Of a DNA stretch of 64,000 bases, positions 39,977 to 49,662 are shown piece after piece. The notes under the pieces are model-generated. The model searched no databases and was not told the DNA's origin. It was given only the letters and a program-made list of their open reading frames with translations. Location of the stretch: assembly GCA_963710575.1 (NCBI GenBank), contig CAVQAL010000010.1, positions 150,531 to 214,530 of the forward strand, given 5' to 3'. Both the position numbers and the translations under genes were made by a program. Source of the stretch: an uncultured delta proteobacterium. GTDB lineage: Bacteria; Desulfobacterota; Syntrophia; Syntrophales; Smithellaceae. Within the stretch, counting starts at the first letter, position 1. Each line of letters opens with the position of its first letter.

Positions 39977-40891
39977 TTAATCAAACGGATTATCACGGTC
40001 AAAATCCGGTGTCCGTTCGTAGTCGTTGACTTCCTGAACAAAAATATTATCGAAACCCAACTTTAGTGCATAATCCGTGACTTGTTCATATTCACTTTTG
40101 GTGATTCTGCATCCTAAACTTGGGTGATGGCGCACCTTGGCAATCGGTGTGTATTGAGACATCAGGCTTAGTTGAACGGATGTTGATATTTCCTTTTTGA
40201 TTAGCTTTAAAACCTCTTTAGAGTTTTCTATTCTGCCGGGTAAAACCAAATGGCGAATAATTATTCCCCTTTGAGCGACGCCGTTTTTCAATTCCAGATC
40301 ATCGCCAACCTGATTCACCATTTCTTTTAAGGAATCCAAAGCGAAACGGGGATAGTCTGGTGCGGTAGAAAATTCCACAGCATCTTCTTCCAGACCATAT
40401 TTAAAGTCCGGCAGATAAATATCCACCATGCCATCGAGCAATTTGATAACTTCCGAATGTTCATAGCCGCCGCAATTGTAAACAAACGGGACGGTAAGCC
40501 CCTGCATGCGCGCCATGCACAGAGCCTCCATTACCAGAGGAGCCTGCGGTGTGGGCGTGACCGGTTCGACATTGTGACAGCCTTTTTTTTGAAGATCCAG
40601 CATGACCTTGGCCAGTTGCAAAACCGTCAGGTTGCGCCCCTGAGCGCTGTGTGAAATCTGATAGTTCTGGCAATAGATGCAGCCCAGATTGCATGAAGAA
40701 AGAAAAATTGTCCCGGCGCCACGCGTTCCGGAAAGAGGAGGTTCTTCGCCGTGATGGGCCAGTGCGCAGTCCATAACAATATCGGCAGGCAGACGGCAAT
40801 AGCCCAACTCGCCTTTTGTCCGATCAACTCGGCAGGCGCGCGGACAAAGCGTGCAGGATTTGTAGAGATCCAGAAGGGATTGAATAATCAT
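39977..40891 (-). CDS. Radical SAM protein (PflX/activase-like)
   Basis: 304 aa. CNLGCIYCQN (CxxxCxxC) plus an N-terminal CTLCPRAC..C cluster. Confidence 0.8.
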   Translation of the reverse strand: MIIQSLLDLYKSCTLCPRACRVDRTKGELGYCRLPADIVMDCALAHHGEEPPLSGTRGAGTIFLSSCNLGCIYCQNYQISHSAQGRNLTVLQLAKVMLDLQKKGCHNVEPVTPTPQAPLVMEALCMARMQGLTVPFVYNCGGYEHSEVIKLLDGMVDIYLPDFKYGLEEDAVEFSTAPDYPRFALDSLKEMVNQVGDDLELKNGVAQRGIIIRHLVLPGRIENSKEVLKLIKKEISTSVQLSLMSQYTPIAKVRHHPSLGCRITKSEYEQVTDYALKLGFDNIFVQEVNDYERTPDFDRDNPFD

Positions 40892-40907
40892 CGCAAACCA
40901 TCTTATT

Positions 40908-41022
40908 CCATTTCCAAATCAAGTGCTACCTTTGTTGGCGTCGTCGGCTTCCTCAACGGATGTATAATACGCTTCGTTGCCTCCTCCTAGTCGCCGCGGT
41001 ATCATCATTGATTTAGAAATGG
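40908..41022. repeat. Palindromic intergenic repeat, copy C (core CTCAACGGATGTATAATACGC at 40952-40972)
   Basis: Terminal inverted repeat CCATTTCCAAATCAA / TTGATTTAGAAATGG (14 of 15). Shares CTTTGTTGGC..GTCGTCGGCTTCCTCAACG and ..CCTCCT..GCCGCGGTATC with copy A. Confidence 0.6.
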
Positions 41023-41032
41023 AATTAAACCT

Positions 41033-42100
41033 TTATAATTTTTCAACCACGTCTCTGATCTTGCCACTCTCCACCAGTTCTAGAAAATCTTCGCCCAGCG
41101 GGGCGGATAACTCTACAGCTTTGCGCCAGCTTTTAATTCGTGTCTCCTGATCGTTAATTAATGTAACAAGATCAGTACGGTCGGGCACTTTTCCTCCCGG
41201 AAGATTTTCGATAAAGTTTTGTGAGGGAAAGACCATTAAAACATTGCTTAATGTTTCCGCGTCCGGCACGCGGCTCACTATTTTTTTATCCAGCCAGCCC
41301 GGAATGATTCGTTCCTGATGATGGAAAAAAAGTACTATTTCATTTTCTTTAGCGGCAAACTGGTGCGTAAGATGGTAATCAATAAGCCCGCCATCTCGAT
41401 AAACGCCGCGCGGAGCTCCATAAACATCACACACACCGTTAATGACAAGAGGAATGGCGCCTGAAGATAAAACCGCGTTTTTAAAATTAACTTCATTTAT
41501 CTGAACGTAATTGCCGCGGAATTGCGGTTGAAAACAAAAGGACGGCGGCTTGGATCCATTATAAAACACAACCCTTTCCGCAAAGCGGTAGATATTATTA
41601 CGGTTGAAATAATTAAAGATATAACAGGTTATTAGACCAAGCTTTTGCACCCAGTGATTTTCAAAAGCCACAAGGCCGCGCGCCCGGGCGGTAATTACAA
41701 CAAGCCGGTATTTTTTATTAGCCAGAGCAAAAGGCAGCGCATCGTCTTCCAGATATTCATTAATGATGCCGGTAATTTTCTCCAACACTGTTGCCGGTGT
41801 ATCTTTCTTGGAGTATCTTACGTTGATATACGCATCCAAGAGTTTATGATAAGATTTAATAGCCTCCGGCTGCAGCCATGCGGCAAAGCGAAAAGCGCCC
41901 GCAGATGAGCCAACCAGATGCACGGTGTTTGAGCGTCCTAAAATGCCGCTTTTAAGGAGGGTTAAATCAAAGCCGCTGGCAATCAGCCAGCGTGGCCCTA
42001 CCGCCGGTCCAAAATAAGTGGAAACAGAATCAAAATTAAATCCGCCATCCTTGATGATTTTATAAATTTGACTTCCAGCTTTTATTCGTATTCGGCTCAT
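41033..42100 (-). CDS. Patatin-like phospholipase family protein
   Basis: 355 aa. GxSxG-type VGSSAGAF nucleophile elbow and a distal YRDGGLIDY (DG[GA]) motif. Confidence 0.6.
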   Translation of the reverse strand: MSRIRIKAGSQIYKIIKDGGFNFDSVSTYFGPAVGPRWLIASGFDLTLLKSGILGRSNTVHLVGSSAGAFRFAAWLQPEAIKSYHKLLDAYINVRYSKKDTPATVLEKITGIINEYLEDDALPFALANKKYRLVVITARARGLVAFENHWVQKLGLITCYIFNYFNRNNIYRFAERVVFYNGSKPPSFCFQPQFRGNYVQINEVNFKNAVLSSGAIPLVINGVCDVYGAPRGVYRDGGLIDYHLTHQFAAKENEIVLFFHHQERIIPGWLDKKIVSRVPDAETLSNVLMVFPSQNFIENLPGGKVPDRTDLVTLINDQETRIKSWRKAVELSAPLGEDFLELVESGKIRDVVEKL

Positions 42101-42280
42101 ATTTATTCAGGCAAAGACCTTGACACGTAAACTTTTGTTTTGTAGATTGACATCAGTAATGCTTATTGTTAAAGGTTGAAAACAATCAAATTCTTTAAAT
42201 TTTGCTATCTGTTTGAGTGGGGCAGTTTTTATCAATAATTGGAGAAAATGCAAGAAAATTTATTTTTTTAAGGATAAGCG

Positions 42281-43537
42281 GTGGATATAAAAAACTCAAT
42301 AAAACAAATTGCTCAGGACGCAGCATTCGCGGCGCGGAAACTTTCCCGCGTGACGGAGGCAGAAAAAAATAACGTTCTTTTGCAAATGGCGGATGAACTT
42401 GAGCAGAATTGTAAATTTCTTTTGGTGGAAAATGCCAAGGATGTGGCCAGTGCGAAAAAATCGGGCATCTCCCGCGCCATGCTGGAACGCCTTACATTGA
42501 AAAAAGCTACAATTGAACAAATGGCAAAAGGACTGAGAGAAGTTGCTGCCTTGCCTGATCCTGTAGGTAAAGTAACTTCCATGTGGCGCAGACCCAACGG
42601 GCTTTTGGTCGGCAAGATGCGTATTCCTCTGGGTGTCATTGGCATAATTTATGAGTCCCGCCCCAATGTCACGGTTGACGCTTCCGCTCTTTGCCTTAAA
42701 TCGGGTAATGCTGTAATTTTGCGGGGAGGTTCCGAATCAATCAAATCCAATCTGGCCATTGCTTCCGTTCTGCAGGGAGTCCTGCGGAAAACGTCTTTGC
42801 CCGTAAATGCGATTCAAGTCATTCCGCTGACTGACCGCGAAGCTGTTTCGGCACTGCTGCAATTGGATGAGTACATTGATTTAATCATTCCCCGTGGCGG
42901 AGAGGAATTGATTCGCGCTGTGGTCGCCCAATCTAAAATTCCTGTAATCAAGCACTACAAGGGAGTCTGCCATATTTTTGTGGACGCGCAGGCCGATATG
43001 GACATGGCCGTCAATATTTGCTTAAACGCCAAAACCCAGCGTCCAGGCGTGTGCAATGCTCTGGAAACAATGCTTGTGCATAAAGATATTGCCGGTAAAT
43101 TTCTGCCGCTGGCGGCAAATAAATTAAAAAAAGCCGGCGTTGTGATAAGGGGATGTGAAAAAACAAAATCGATCTTGAAAAAAATTGAAAAAGCCAACGA
43201 AAGTGATTGGTACGCGGAATATCTCGATTTGATTCTGGCCGTAAAGGTTGTCGATGATATTGATGAAGCTATCGCTCATATTGAAAAATACGGGTCTTTA
43301 CATACGGAATCAATAATTACGAATGACTATGCCAATTCGCAACGCTTTTTGAATGAGGTCAATTCTTCAACCGTGCTGGTCAATGCTTCGACCCGTTTCA
43401 GCGACGGCTTTGAACTGGGACTGGGGGCTGAAATAGGCATTTCCACGACAAAGCTACATGCGTTCGGCCCTATGGGTTTGGAAGAATTAACAACAACAAA
43501 ATTTATAATTTACGGCAACGGACAGGTGCGCACATGA
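42281..43537 (+). CDS. proA: Gamma-glutamyl phosphate reductase
   Basis: 418 aa. ..[39 protein letters not shown].. pattern. GTG start. Confidence 0.92.
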   Translation: MDIKNSIKQIAQDAAFAARKLSRVTEAEKNNVLLQMADELEQNCKFLLVENAKDVASAKKSGISRAMLERLTLKKATIEQMAKGLREVAALPDPVGKVTSMWRRPNGLLVGKMRIPLGVIGIIYESRPNVTVDASALCLKSGNAVILRGGSESIKSNLAIASVLQGVLRKTSLPVNAIQVIPLTDREAVSALLQLDEYIDLIIPRGGEELIRAVVAQSKIPVIKHYKGVCHIFVDAQADMDMAVNICLNAKTQRPGVCNALETMLVHKDIAGKFLPLAANKLKKAGVVIRGCEKTKSILKKIEKANESDWYAEYLDLILAVKVVDDIDEAIAHIEKYGSLHTESIITNDYANSQRFLNEVNSSTVLVNASTRFSDGFELGLGAEIGISTTKLHAFGPMGLEELTTTKFIIYGNGQVRT

Positions 43538-44184
43538 GATGGGGACTTTTAGGCGGAACGTTTGATCCGATTCATTTCGGTCATTTACGGGGCGCGGAAG
43601 AAATGCTGGAAATCTTTAATTTGAACCGTATTATTTTTGTTCCTTCATCCCGGCCGCCGCATAAATTGGAAGCGGAAATCACGGCTTTCAATCATCGCGA
43701 GCACATGATTCGTCTGGCAATCGAAGACAATGTTAATTTCTCTTTTTCCGATGTGGAGAATTTACGCGCCGGGAAATCTTATTCCGTGGAAACGGTTGAA
43801 TACATTCTCAAAAAGTATATGGAAGATTTAGAACTATACTTCATTGTCGGGCAGGACGCTTTTCAAGCGATAACTACCTGGAAGGATTGGGAGAGACTTT
43901 TGCTGTTGTGCAATTTTGCCGTAATGACCCGTCCCGGCTATGAAAATGTTAAATTGGATGGTATCCTGCCGAAAGAATTTACCGCACGATTTACTTACGA
44001 TGAAAAAATTGATGGATTTAAAGGCCCGACCGGCCACACCATATATTTCCGTCATGTGAGCTTTTTGGACATTTCTTCTTCTCACATGAGAGCAATGATC
44101 AAAGCGGATAAATCCATAAGATATCTTACGCCGGATAAGGTACGCCAATATATAACCAAGAATTCTTTATACAAAAAATCCTGA
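43534..44184 (+). CDS. nadD: Nicotinate-nucleotide adenylyltransferase
   Basis: [14 protein letters not shown] (HxGH-type nucleotidyltransferase motif) and ..ISSSHMR.. (ISST-like). Overlaps the proA stop by 4 nt. Confidence 0.9.
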   Translation: MRWGLLGGTFDPIHFGHLRGAEEMLEIFNLNRIIFVPSSRPPHKLEAEITAFNHREHMIRLAIEDNVNFSFSDVENLRAGKSYSVETVEYILKKYMEDLELYFIVGQDAFQAITTWKDWERLLLLCNFAVMTRPGYENVKLDGILPKEFTARFTYDEKIDGFKGPTGHTIYFRHVSFLDISSSHMRAMIKADKSIRYLTPDKVRQYITKNSLYKKS

Positions 44185-44236
44185 GAATACTTAAATAAAC
44201 ACCAAAATAAATGTAAAATTTTTGAAGGAGAAAAAT

Positions 44237-45037
44237 ATGACATATAAATTTATTGAACTGGAAATTAAGGATTACATCGCGACAGTAACTTTGGCCAGGG
44301 TGGATGCCCTGAATGCTGTGAGCTTGGAGTTTGCTTCGGAGATTGCCGATGTATTCAAAAAAATGGGAGCGATGGATGAAGTAAGGGTAATTATTCTGCA
44401 AAGCAAAGCCAGAATTTTTTGCGCCGGTCTCGACTTGAAAGACGCCGCCTCGAATTTCAGTGATTCGGCCAGAGGCGCTTTCGATGCCATAAAAAAATCC
44501 CAGTCATTGTTTGATTGCTGCAATGCTATTGAGGAGTGTCCTAAACCGGTAATTGCGGCCGTGCATAGCAAGTGCATCGGCGCCGGGCTTGATATGATTT
44601 CCGCCTGCGATATTCGCCTCTGCAGTGAAGACGCGATTTTTTGTCTTAAAGAAGCCAACATTGGATTGGTTGCCGATATGGGTGTGCTACAAAGGCTTCC
44701 CCTGATAATCGGTCAGGGATTTGCCAGAGAGATGGCCTATACAGCGGCGAACTATTCCGCGCGGAAGGCCGAGAAAATGGGTCTTGTCACAGAAGTTTAT
44801 GCTGATAAAGACGCTCTTATGTCAGCTGCACTACAATTAGCGAAGCAGATAACCGCAAATGCCCCCCTTGCCATCCAGTGCACAAAAGAGGTTCTTAACT
44901 TCAGCCGCTATACAAACGTTAATGAAGGCATGGCTTTGGCGATACAAAAGAACATGTTTTTAATGACAACAGTAGATCTGAAAGAAGCCTTTATAGCTTT
45001 TATGGAAAAAAGGGCGGCGGACTTTAAGGGAAAATGA
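44237..45037 (+). CDS. Enoyl-CoA hydratase/isomerase (crotonase) family protein
   Basis: ..ALNAVS..RVIILQSKARIFCAGLDLKD..AAVHSKCIGAGLDM.. Start taken at ATG 44237, 6 nt after GAAGGAG. Confidence 0.8.
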   Translation: MTYKFIELEIKDYIATVTLARVDALNAVSLEFASEIADVFKKMGAMDEVRVIILQSKARIFCAGLDLKDAASNFSDSARGAFDAIKKSQSLFDCCNAIEECPKPVIAAVHSKCIGAGLDMISACDIRLCSEDAIFCLKEANIGLVADMGVLQRLPLIIGQGFAREMAYTAANYSARKAEKMGLVTEVYADKDALMSAALQLAKQITANAPLAIQCTKEVLNFSRYTNVNEGMALAIQKNMFLMTTVDLKEAFIAFMEKRAADFKGK

Positions 45038-45114
45038 AGATATCAAGGATGGCTTTATCTTAAAGTAAAAAAAGAAGAGATTGTTCCTTAAACAGTCCAT
45101 GCAATAATTTCTCT

Positions 45115-45155
45115 CTCCAGACCTTCCTGATCTTTAAAATCAGAAAGGTCTGGAG
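45115..45155. terminator. Bidirectional terminator hairpin between convergent genes
   Basis: CTCCAGACCTTCCTGAT / loop CTTTAAA / ATCAGAAAGGTCTGGAG. 17-bp stem with one mismatch. Confidence 0.7.
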
Positions 45156-45164
45156 GGATATATG

Positions 45165-47174
45165 TCAGTTGGTGTATAGTTTTTCGATATCATCTTTGAA
45201 TTTTTCAAAGACGATTCTGCGTTTCAGTTTCAAAGTCGGTGTCAATTCTCCCGTCTCAACGCTGAATGGTTTATCCAGTACCTTATAATATTTTATCTGT
45301 TCGTAACGAGGCAATGTTTCGTTGACCTCATCCACTTGTTTCTTGATCATCGCTTGGATTTTTTCGTTCGAGATAAGGTCTTTATCAGAACATGCCGGAA
45401 TGCCGTTGTGTTTGGCAAAACGTTGAAGTTCCAAAAAATCGGGAACTATAAGAGCACAGATATATTTTCTCGCGTCGCCAAGGAGACACGCCTGTTCTAT
45501 ATAAGGCTTGGCGGTCAGCGCCAGTTCAATCGGATGAGGAGCAATATTCTTGCCGCCCGAGGTAACAAATAACTCCTTCTTGCGGTCGGTAATAAGAAGA
45601 AATCCGTCCTTATCAAATTCGCCGATATCGCCGGTCTTGAACCACCCGTCCTCGGTGAATGCTTCGGCTGTCGCTTCCGGCAGATTCCAGTATCCTTTGA
45701 ACACCTGGGGACCCTTGACAAGAATTTCTCCATCTTCAGCGATTTTTTCCTCTGTCCAGAGAGCCGGTTTGCCGACGGTTCCCGGCTTGATCTGCATTTG
45801 ATAGGCAACTGTATTATAAGCCAGCGAAAGTCCCAGCGAACGGAACGGATTGGTATAAGGCGACAACCCCTGTGCCTGCTTCGTAACCATCAGATCCACA
45901 GTCAAATCGATCATCTTATTGCCAAACCAGCCGGCCTTGGTGGGATCAAAGCTGCCGCTGAATTCCGGTTCATTGAAGTTGACTACTGGCGATGTTTCTG
46001 TAAGCCCGTAACCCTCGCTAAGCTGAATGCCCAGGGATCGGATAAACACACAAACATCTTTGGAGAGCTTGCCTCCGCCCGATGCGCCGAGCACGACGCG
46101 ATCCAGCCCGGCCGTCTTTTTAATTTTATTGAAAACAAGCTGGTTGGCCAGTGCGAATTGAAGCAAATCAATTTGACCCATTCTTGTAGCGGTTGCCATG
46201 GCATCGCAATACTTTTCACCCAGCTTTATTGCCCAATTGAAAATTGACCGGGTGGTCTTGTTCTGCCGAGAGACGATTGATTTTGTGGTGTCATATATTT
46301 TTTCCCATAATCGGGGAATGCTTATAATAACATTGGGTCTTACTTCCAGAATATTTTCCGGTATTTTCTCGAAACTTTCAGCAAAAACCAGGATCATTCC
46401 TTGTTGAAGTGCTCCCACATGATAGTCGGTTGTCCTGCCGAAAACGTGACATAGTGGCAGATGAACAAGGCTCGTCAGATGAAGTCCCCTTTCACGCTGA
46501 CGACGAAAGAGTGTGGAATTGGAACACTGATGAATATTGGACACCCAGTTTTTCTGGGTAAGGATGGCGCCTTTCTGCTTTCCAGTCGTTCCGGAAGTAT
46601 AAATTATGGAAGCGACATCTTCGGGGACGACAGTATTTATTTTATTTTCTACTTCCTGATCGTTTACCTTTTGTTTTCCTAACGCCATTACCTCTTCAAA
46701 GGTGTAAACACCTGCCGGTTTGGCGCCATCCCAGGGACTCATCGTTATAATGGTTTCTATGGGAATGCCCTGCGCCGTTGCCTTGAGGGCCATTTCTCCC
46801 TTTTCTTGAGTAGAAACTATGACCATCTTGGATCCGCTGTCCGATGTCATATATCCCAGTTCTTCCAGAGTTAATGTGGGATAAAGAGGGACGCCGACGG
46901 CGCCGCAGGCCTGGATAGCCTGATCGGCGATTATCCATCTGGGCCTGCTTTCGGAAAAGATAACGATGCGATCACCTTTATTTAATCCTAAAACCATCAG
47001 ACCCTTGGCCATATTTACAGCTTCGTCGCGAGTCTCTTTCCATGTACGGGAATGCCAATCGCTGCTTACGCGGCCCTCCCCATCGAACTTGCCCCGAAGT
47101 AGCTCAACCTGATCTCCATAACGCAATGCCTGATTATGGAATATTCCACATATAGTATCCATTCTGTAAGCCAT
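45165..47174 (-). CDS. Long-chain-fatty-acid--CoA ligase (AMP-binding family)
   Basis: AMP-binding motifs IIYTSGTTGKQKGA, GYGLTETS, and GWFKTGDIG..DRKKE. Start taken at ATG 47174 (AAGGATGG upstream) rather than the track start at 47246. Confidence 0.85.
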   Translation of the reverse strand: MAYRMDTICGIFHNQALRYGDQVELLRGKFDGEGRVSSDWHSRTWKETRDEAVNMAKGLMVLGLNKGDRIVIFSESRPRWIIADQAIQACGAVGVPLYPTLTLEELGYMTSDSGSKMVIVSTQEKGEMALKATAQGIPIETIITMSPWDGAKPAGVYTFEEVMALGKQKVNDQEVENKINTVVPEDVASIIYTSGTTGKQKGAILTQKNWVSNIHQCSNSTLFRRQRERGLHLTSLVHLPLCHVFGRTTDYHVGALQQGMILVFAESFEKIPENILEVRPNVIISIPRLWEKIYDTTKSIVSRQNKTTRSIFNWAIKLGEKYCDAMATATRMGQIDLLQFALANQLVFNKIKKTAGLDRVVLGASGGGKLSKDVCVFIRSLGIQLSEGYGLTETSPVVNFNEPEFSGSFDPTKAGWFGNKMIDLTVDLMVTKQAQGLSPYTNPFRSLGLSLAYNTVAYQMQIKPGTVGKPALWTEEKIAEDGEILVKGPQVFKGYWNLPEATAEAFTEDGWFKTGDIGEFDKDGFLLITDRKKELFVTSGGKNIAPHPIELALTAKPYIEQACLLGDARKYICALIVPDFLELQRFAKHNGIPACSDKDLISNEKIQAMIKKQVDEVNETLPRYEQIKYYKVLDKPFSVETGELTPTLKLKRRIVFEKFKDDIEKLYTN

Positions 47175-47483
47175 GATACCATCCTTTCTTTTGAACGATT
47201 TTTTCTTGTGCAGGCAACTACAATCAAACAAGAAAGAGCATTCCATTGCTCTTTAAGTCCATTTCTTGCGGCGCGCCCTTCACAATCTTTTTTTCAAAAA
47301 AATAAATTTCAAATTTAGTGAGACTCAAATTTTATAAGCGTAGCGTAATGAAATTTGTAAGTCGAACTAATGACACTTGCTAAGAACGAGCATAGCGAAG
47401 TTCGAAGCACAAGTGGAATTATCATGCATGCAAAGCATACAGTGGTATCCAATAGCTAAAAGCTATTGGAAATTATCCTGCGA

Positions 47484-47533
47484 AACCACGGGAATGAACC
47501 CCGCAGCTTGCTGTGGAGTTCATTCCCGTGGTT
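47484..47533 (-). terminator. 16-bp-stem hairpin overlapping the stop codon of 47520..48536
   Basis: AACCACGGGAATGAAC (47484-99) pairs with GTTCATTCCCGTGGTT (47518-33). There is no clear U-tract. A second hairpin, TCCAATAGCT/AGCTATTGGA, lies at 47448-47470. Confidence 0.35.
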
Positions 47534-48536
47534 TACCCTTATAAATATAACGCTCCAAAAGGCGGTTGTAGTTTGTCCAGTCGGAATCGGCATTGGTAGA
47601 ATCAGATATTAATGTTTGAAATGCGTTAAACTTGGCATCCAGATCATCAATGTAATGGACGACCAAGGCCTCCAGGGTTTTCGGGCGTTTAGGAGAACCG
47701 AATTCAAATTCTCCGTGATGACTTAAAATAATATGACGTAATTCCAACGCTAATTGCAGAGGGAAATCGGGGATGGTGTCTATTTTTTTATCGATCATTT
47801 CCACGCCCATGACAATATGGCCGATTAATCTTCCTTCATCGCTGTAGTCAATTATATGATCATAAGAAAATTCATATATTTTGCCGATATCATGAAGGAT
47901 ACCGCCGGTAATAAGCAAGTCTTTGTTGAGGGTTGGGTAATGTTCAGATACTTTTTCCAATAAGCGTACAACCGAGAGTGTATGTTCCATAAGTCCGCCT
48001 AAATAGATATGATGAAAACTTTTTGCCGCAGGCGCCCTCTGAAAAAGATCCGCGGTTTTTTGATCATGGAAGAAAGCTTGCAGTAAATCTTGGAGGGGTT
48101 TGGTCTGAATTTTTTCAACATAGGTAAGCATTTCATTAAACATGGCGACAACGTCGCCTTTGGCTGCGGGTAAATAGTCGGCAGGGTCTACATCTTCCCA
48201 TGCATTCTTTATAATTTTGACGATCGATATTTGAATTGAATTTTTATAATTGGCGGCTTTTCCTTCAATATAAATTATGTCGCCTTTCTTAAACTGTTGA
48301 TCTAATTCAATCGCGTTATCCCAGACCTTGCCATCGAGTTCGCCGGTTTTATCCTTCAGGCGTACGTTCAGATAAGGAGAGCCTTTCAGGGAAAAAGCCA
48401 TACTCTTTTCGGCAGCCAAAAAGGTGGAAGCTACCTTGTCCCCTTGTTTGATGTTTTTTAGATAAATTTCTTTAGTTTTCAAATTATTATTTGCCTTTCT
48501 TGAAAATAAATGTTCACCTTGCCGCCGCGAACACAA
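47520..48536 (-). CDS. OB-fold + HD-domain phosphohydrolase (YhaM-like 3'-5' exoribonuclease family)
   Basis: N-terminal OB-fold-like region (YLNVRLKDKTGELDGKVWDNA) and an HD domain (GGLMEHTLSV .. GGILHDIGK .. LSHHGE). My hand translation of the first 19 or so codons did not agree with the track, so the N-terminus is uncertain. Confidence 0.7.
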   Translation of the reverse strand: MCSRRQGEHLFSRKANNNLKTKEIYLKNIKQGDKVASTFLAAEKSMAFSLKGSPYLNVRLKDKTGELDGKVWDNAIELDQQFKKGDIIYIEGKAANYKNSIQISIVKIIKNAWEDVDPADYLPAAKGDVVAMFNEMLTYVEKIQTKPLQDLLQAFFHDQKTADLFQRAPAAKSFHHIYLGGLMEHTLSVVRLLEKVSEHYPTLNKDLLITGGILHDIGKIYEFSYDHIIDYSDEGRLIGHIVMGVEMIDKKIDTIPDFPLQLALELRHIILSHHGEFEFGSPKRPKTLEALVVHYIDDLDAKFNAFQTLISDSTNADSDWTNYNRLLERYIYKGKPRE

Positions 48537-48624
48537 ACGATCAGCGTAATATTGGGTCTTGTATAAAAGCTATACAGCTTTTACCACGTGCGTCACAGGA
48601 AGCAATGATTTTTTATTGTCTTGC

Positions 48625-49037
48625 TCATATTTTTTCCAATAAAAGGCGATGATCGCCTGCTCTTATGGTCAACTTGCTTGCATCAAAATATTCCATCAGC
48701 GGAATAATGTATTTGCGCGAAAGACCGGTTAGATCTTTGAATGTTGTCGGTGTCGCCTTGTCGTCTTTTGCTGGCATTGCTTGGTAATCGTCTCGCAATT
48801 TGTTCCGGGAGCCACTGGCGAAATAGAGCTCTTCATTGATTTTGATTAGATTGCCATCTTTAAGCATTAGACTGTCTGATCAGAAGCAATAGCAAATGAG
48901 GCAAAACCAAGTTCAATGGTAATGCCCCTTTATTTTTCTTCGTTCAAACGGTTGTTGTTAACCCCGGTAAGAGCTTTAATTAATGCGGTTTTTCCGTAAT
49001 CGACATAACCGGCTGTGTCGAGAACAAAATGTTTCAT
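48625..49037 (-). pseudogene. selB: selB (selenocysteine-specific elongation factor) relic: degenerate N-terminal G-domain stub fused to the C-terminal winged-helix end
   Basis: The minus strand from ATG 49037 reads [45 protein letters not shown].. This is a GHVDHGKT-type P-loop with both His replaced by Tyr, plus an in-frame TAA at 48930-32. About 50 codons later comes ORF 48625..48867, MLKDGNLIKINEELYFA..LTGLSRKYIIPLMEYFDASKLTIRAGDHR, which is the extreme SelB C-terminus. Confidence 0.7.
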
Positions 49038-49223
49038 ATATTTTCCCGGTTGATTTGATAATATATTGTGAAAAATAACAACTCCATTATTTTTTCACAA
49101 CATTATATTTACTATCAATATAAAATTAATAAAGTTTGCACCGAGTAGTGAGAAATATCAAATAATTTAATTCTTGAAAATGCCAGAGGGAATTGTTAGG
49201 AAACAAAATAAAAGGGATATTTC

Positions 49224-49637
49224 TTGCGCATACTTGGTTTGGATTACGGAGAAAAAAGAATTGGCGTGGCGATCTGCGATGAATTGGGGCTTACTGCTCA
49301 AGGTTTGCCGACCATAATAAGAAAAACTAAAAAACATGATTGGGAAATATTCGGAAGTTTGATCAGAAACTATAAAGTAGAGAAAATTGTGATAGGTTAT
49401 CCGGTAAGGCTGGACGGTTCAGAAGGTATCCAATGCGAAAAAGTAAATCGTTTTACCACTCTGCTGGAGGCAACATTTTCTCTTCCCGTTGTTAAATGGC
49501 CAGAAACTCTATCTACCAAAGAAGCTGAAGAAATACTGATCAACTCCGGTGTCCGTTGGGAAAAAAGAAAAAAAATGGTTGATAAACTGGCCGCCTGCCT
49601 GATCCTTCAAGGTTATCTGGATTCTATCGCTAAATAG
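49224..49637 (+). CDS. ruvX: Holliday-junction-resolvase-like nuclease YqgF/RuvX
   Basis: MRILGLDYGEKRIGVAICD.. and ..VIGYPVRLDGSEG.. TTG start. Confidence 0.9.
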   Translation: MRILGLDYGEKRIGVAICDELGLTAQGLPTIIRKTKKHDWEIFGSLIRNYKVEKIVIGYPVRLDGSEGIQCEKVNRFTTLLEATFSLPVVKWPETLSTKEAEEILINSGVRWEKRKKMVDKLAACLILQGYLDSIAK

Positions 49638-49662
49638 TCTGAAAATTAATTCCGCAAACAAT

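Noticed and set aside
47247-47483. Possible ncRNA in the fadD-like / yhaM-like spacer. Local hairpins include AAGAGCA..TGCTCTT at 47231-52 and TCGAACT..AGTTCGA at about 47362-47404.
   Set aside because: Only short, isolated stems are present, with no recognisable family signature (tmRNA, 6S, SRP or RNase P motifs are absent). Expression or covariation data are needed before calling anything.
48480-48536. The N-terminal 19 codons of track ORF 47520..48536 (MCSRRQGEHLFSRKANNNL).
   Set aside because: My hand translation of the displayed bases upstream of 48480 falls one base out of register with the track peptide. I could not resolve this without tools. I kept the track coordinates but flag the start as uncertain.
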